64,000 bases of DNA, taken from positions 25,544,001 to 25,608,000 of the forward strand of contig OZ024756.1 in the NCBI GenBank assembly GCA_964016885.1, given 5' to 3'. Within the stretch, counting starts at the first letter, position 1. Each line of letters opens with the position of its first letter. Positions 59,421-64,000 of the stretch are shown here, piece after piece. The translations under genes were made by a program, and so were the position numbers. Under the pieces are notes generated by a model that worked only from the letters and a program-made list of their open reading frames with translations, searched no databases and had not been told where the DNA came from. The DNA comes from Eledone cirrhosa. Its lineage: Eukaryota.

Positions 59421-59937
59421 TTTGTCATAATTACTTATATTAATGAAATTCAGAGAAAGTTTTTCTCCCTTTCAATTTCTGATTTAGAAACCATTTTCTC
59501 CCTCTCTCACAATTTTTGTATATTTATTATTATTATTATTATCATTATTATTACTGTTATTATTCATTTGTATGAAATATTACTATTACCACCCCACTCC
59601 CTGTTTTTTTTTACCCTATGTTTTGATATCCGTTTTATGCCATGCCTTCACATGCTGGATAGTTTGACATTAAAAGATAGGTATTTGGTTAGTGAGTGTA
59701 TGTAGAATCCATTCGTATGACAACTGAGTTGGAATTAGTTAACCAAAGAAATGCTGTCCATTGCCATTATTGGAACATAATGTTATGTTAGTAGCAAAGT
59801 GTTTTAGCAAAGAATTTGGTAGTTTGTTTTGTAACATAACCAATTTTCTGATTAAGTTGGTGTTTGGAACATCACTTAACACAAGATTCTTACATAGAAT
59901 TAGGATGAAATGTTTTTAAATAAATGTTATACTTTAA

Positions 59938-60155
59938 CCCTTTAGCATTTACATTCTATATTTACTATTGTATTTTCACAATAAAGGCCTTATCTTACAT
60001 AATTATCTCATATAATATCGAAACTACAAGATTTTTATGTTATTTATTTTGAGAACAATACCTTAATGTAGGTATGAGCGGCCAGTTACAGCTGGTTTGA
60101 ACAGATAGAGGTGACAGAGTTCTGGCCAGATACAGCCGGTTTAAATGCTAAAGGG
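59938..60155. mobile_element. piggyBac-type MITE family 1, complete 218-bp copy
   Basis: Perfect 14-bp TIR CCCTTTAGCATTTA/TAAATGCTAAAGGG with TTAA on both sides. Further copies at ~24255-24465, 27708-27905 and 56447-56812. Confidence 0.88.
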
Positions 60156-61573
60156 TTAATCCTTTTGTTAACATATTTCTAATGAAAACACTATCTATGA
60201 TTTTGAAAATAATTAAGAATTTGAAGAGATTTGGTAATATAACCAACTTTCTTGTTATTAAGCTGACGTTTGGAACATGGAATTATAATGAAATGTTTTA
60301 AGATAAATATAAAGACTTTTAAAATAACCAGATTAGTATAATAGAATCAAAGCCTGTTTGAGGTAATTTTGTATCATAAACCCCTTACTCTATCGACATA
60401 TATCCAGCATATTGTATATTAAAATTAAAGTTCCATAATGAAGACTACAATAACTGGATTTCATTCCACATTTTAATCCATTAATGCGGTTTTCAACAAA
60501 CTGTTTTCTGCAATTATATATATATATATTTTTTATACTGTTTGATTCATTCCTTTGATCTTCAATTTCCCCTGTATAGTCTACCCTGAGATGACTTATC
60601 TCAACTTTTCCTCTCACTCCACACTTTTCTCTTCTCATTCCTTTTCCATGTGATGCTGACTCCTATCTTTATTTCCCTCCTGTCTTCTTTCTTTTCTTAC
60701 TCTCTTCTATCTTCCTGTTCTGTTTTCTTTTTCTCCCAAACATCCACACACTCTCTCTCTCTCTCTCTCTGTCTCATTTTATCTTCCGATAAAAGACTAA
60801 CATCTGAAACATTGTGACGCTTTTCCTACTTTATCAAGCATTAAACTAATGTATATTATCATTGTACTGTATTGGTTTCTGTTTTTACCCTTGTCCACCT
60901 TCCTTACATACTAAAATACCTCTGTCAAGGAGATTTGTGCTAACTTCAATATGGTTCTAGATGAAGACTGTAATTTTAGAAAATATTTTTGGATTGTTTG
61001 TTTATGTTTGTTGGATCTTACCCCCTCCACACACATGCACACACATATACTCACATTTGTTTAAAGGTCTGTATCATCATCATCATCATTTCATTTTACG
61101 TCCACTTTTTCCCTGCTTGCAAGGGTGGGACGGGAACTGATTCTGGCTTGATTTCTACAGCTGGATGCCCTTCCTAACACCAACCTCATTTACAGTGAGT
61201 GCTGGGTGCTTTTTTGCTGTGGCGCCTCCACGACCACTTTGCAGTGGAATGATAGGGACTGAGGTCCCTATCATCTCATTTCTACAGCTGAGTAAACTGG
61301 AGCAATGTGAAATAAAGTGTCTTGCTCAAGGAAACAACACATCACCCGGTCTGAGAATTGAACTGTATGGTAATAACAACAATAAAAATACACAAGAGTC
61401 AGTTTAACAGTTGTTACTATTGCTCAGTTTCACTGGTGTTGTTGGCTCATCAAAACTTCTGATGAGCCAACAGCATTGATAAAACAACTTTGAAGTAAAT
61501 GGCCACCATTCATAACAATTGTGTGTGTGAGTGTGTGTATATAAACACTCTCATACACACACACTCACACACG

Positions 61574-61611
<38 letters not shown>

Positions 61612-61963
61612 GTACATATATATTTATATATATATACATATGTACATATATATATATATATATACATATTCCTGTCCCACCCTTGCAAGCAGGGAAAAGC
61701 GGACGTAAAATGAAATGATTAAATGATGATGATGATATGTACATATATATATATATATATACATATGTACATATATATACATATATATATATATATACAT
61801 ATGTACATATATATACACATATATATATATATATATACATATGTACATATATATACATATGTACATATATTTATATGTACATATGTACATATATATATAT
61901 ACATATGTACATATATACATATGTACATATATATATATATACATATGTACATATATATACATA

Positions 61964-62047
<84 letters not shown>

Positions 62048-62051
62048 CATA

Positions 62052-62162
<111 letters not shown>

Positions 62163-62282
62163 GTACATATATATACATATGTATATATATATATATATAC
62201 ACGTACATATATATACATATGTACATATATATATATACATATGTACATATATATATATACATATGTACATATGTATATATGG

Positions 62283-62955
62283 CGGATTTTCTACGGTGGG
62301 ATGCCCTTCCTAACACCAACCACATTTACAGTGTGGCACTGGGAGGTTTTTACCGTGTTACCTACACGGCCACATTACAGCGTGGACTGTGTGTTTTTTT
62401 TGTCGTGACACCTACACAACCTCATTTGTTTCGGCCTGGATGTTGTGGTACCAACATAACTTTACATTGAAAGGGGTGGTGTGGATGGGGTGGGGGTAGT
62501 GGGACGGGGGTGTATTTTGTTAGAGGTGCGTACTAACTGTAGTAGGTTTTACTTTGTATTTAGGTAAGGCGGGTCTTTTCTATTACTGTGTAGCGCCAAA
62601 GATCTCGATCCAGTGACATTGTCTTGGAGAGGTGTAAGTGTGTGAGGTCGGAATTTATCAAGTCGTCCCAGGTTTTTCTGGGTCTGCCTACTCCGTGGCT
62701 ACCGTCTATTTTTATTGCCCTGTACTTTTTTATACAGCTATCGTCTTTCATGTGCATCACGTGACTATACCAACGTAGCCTTCTCTCGAGTAAACAACAT
62801 CTGATCCCTCTTATTTCTAATTTTTCCCTTAGTTCGTTTATGCTTTGCCGTTCACGTATATTACTATTACACATCCAGCGGAGCATGCAAGCTTCATTTC
62901 TCTCCAGTCTGCGTATATCCTCTGCACACAATGCCCAGGTCTCACTGCCATGCAA
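62283..62955 (-). mobile_element. RTE LINE 3' fragment between TA arrays
   Basis: [29 protein letters not shown]...RRLRWY..GRPRKTW. Confidence 0.92.
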
Positions 62956-62999
62956 CAGTGAGACCTGGGCATTGTATGTATATATATATACATATATAC

Positions 63000-63262
<263 letters not shown>

Positions 63263-63283
63263 CACATATATATATATATATAT

Positions 63284-63322
<39 letters not shown>

Positions 63323-63351
63323 TATATATACACATATATATATATATACAC

Positions 63352-63386
<35 letters not shown>

Positions 63387-63461
63387 CATATATATACATA
63401 TATATATATATATACATATATATACATATATACATATATATACATATATATATATACACAT

Positions 63462-63805
63462 GGAGGCACATGGCTTAGTGGTTAGAGCATTGGCCTTGCA
63501 ATCGAAAAGTTGTGAGTTCAATTCTCAGACCGGGTGATGTGTTGTTTCCTTGAGCAAGACACTTTATTTCACATTGCTCCAGTTTACTCAGCTGTAGAAA
63601 TGAGATGATAGGGACTGGGGTCCCTATCATTCCACTGTAAAGTGGTCGTGGAGGTGCCACGGCAAAAAAGCACCCAGCACTCACTGTAAATGAGGTTGGT
63701 GTTAGGAAGGGCATCCAGCCGTAGAAATCAAGCCAGAATCAGTTCCCGTCCCACCCTTGCAAGCAGGGAAAAAGCGGACGTAAAATGAAATGATGATGAT
63801 GATGA
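63462..63805 (+). mobile_element. SINE family 2, full length
   Basis: A box TGGCTTAGTGG, B box GAGTTCAATTC, TCCTTGAGCAAGACACT body. 3' part matches the RTE 3' UTR (gcacccagcactcactgtaaatgaggttggtgttaggaagggcatccagc) and ends in (GAT)n. Confidence 0.9.
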
Positions 63806-64000
63806 CATATATATATATACATATTTATATATATATACATATATATACATATTTATATATACATATATATATACACATTTATATATATATATATATACAT
63901 ATACATATACATATATATATCATCATCATCATCATTTTACGTCCACTTTTCCCTGCTTGCAAGGGTTGGAGGGGTCCTATTCAAAACAGCATCTCAGTAT

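Noticed and set aside
63462-63535. tRNA gene
   Set aside because: A and B boxes are present, but there is no acceptor stem and the sequence continues into a SINE body.

Overview
AT-rich animal genomic DNA. The repeat landscape (RTE LINEs with (GAT)n tails, tRNA-derived SINEs, very large TA-based microsatellites) best fits a cephalopod such as octopus; this is an inference. Three protein-coding genes are supported. (1) A multi-exon BBS12-like chaperonin gene on the minus strand: six exons reconstructed from 8274, running off the left edge, with consistent splice phases. (2) A 1275-aa C2H2 zinc-finger protein in one coding exon (28789-32616) carrying about ten copies of an unusual [VL][NQE][CF]DL[TS]xx[DN][IL] motif. 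(3) A two-exon Na+/K+-ATPase beta subunit (50279-59284). The rest is mostly repeats: RTE, CRE-like, CR1/Jockey-like and Penelope-like retroelement remnants, two SINE families, TTAA-flanked piggyBac-type MITEs, a 1.4-kb minisatellite with higher-order structure and roughly 16 kb of TA-based microsatellite. The long Ile/Tyr ORFs are artefacts of these arrays. The most interesting unannotated signal is a set of minimal type-I hammerhead ribozyme motifs beside the TA arrays. One has an intact core, one has a compensatory U3:A8 core, and others are partial or back-to-back. They recur together with short fold-back inverted duplications that run into TA microsatellite.
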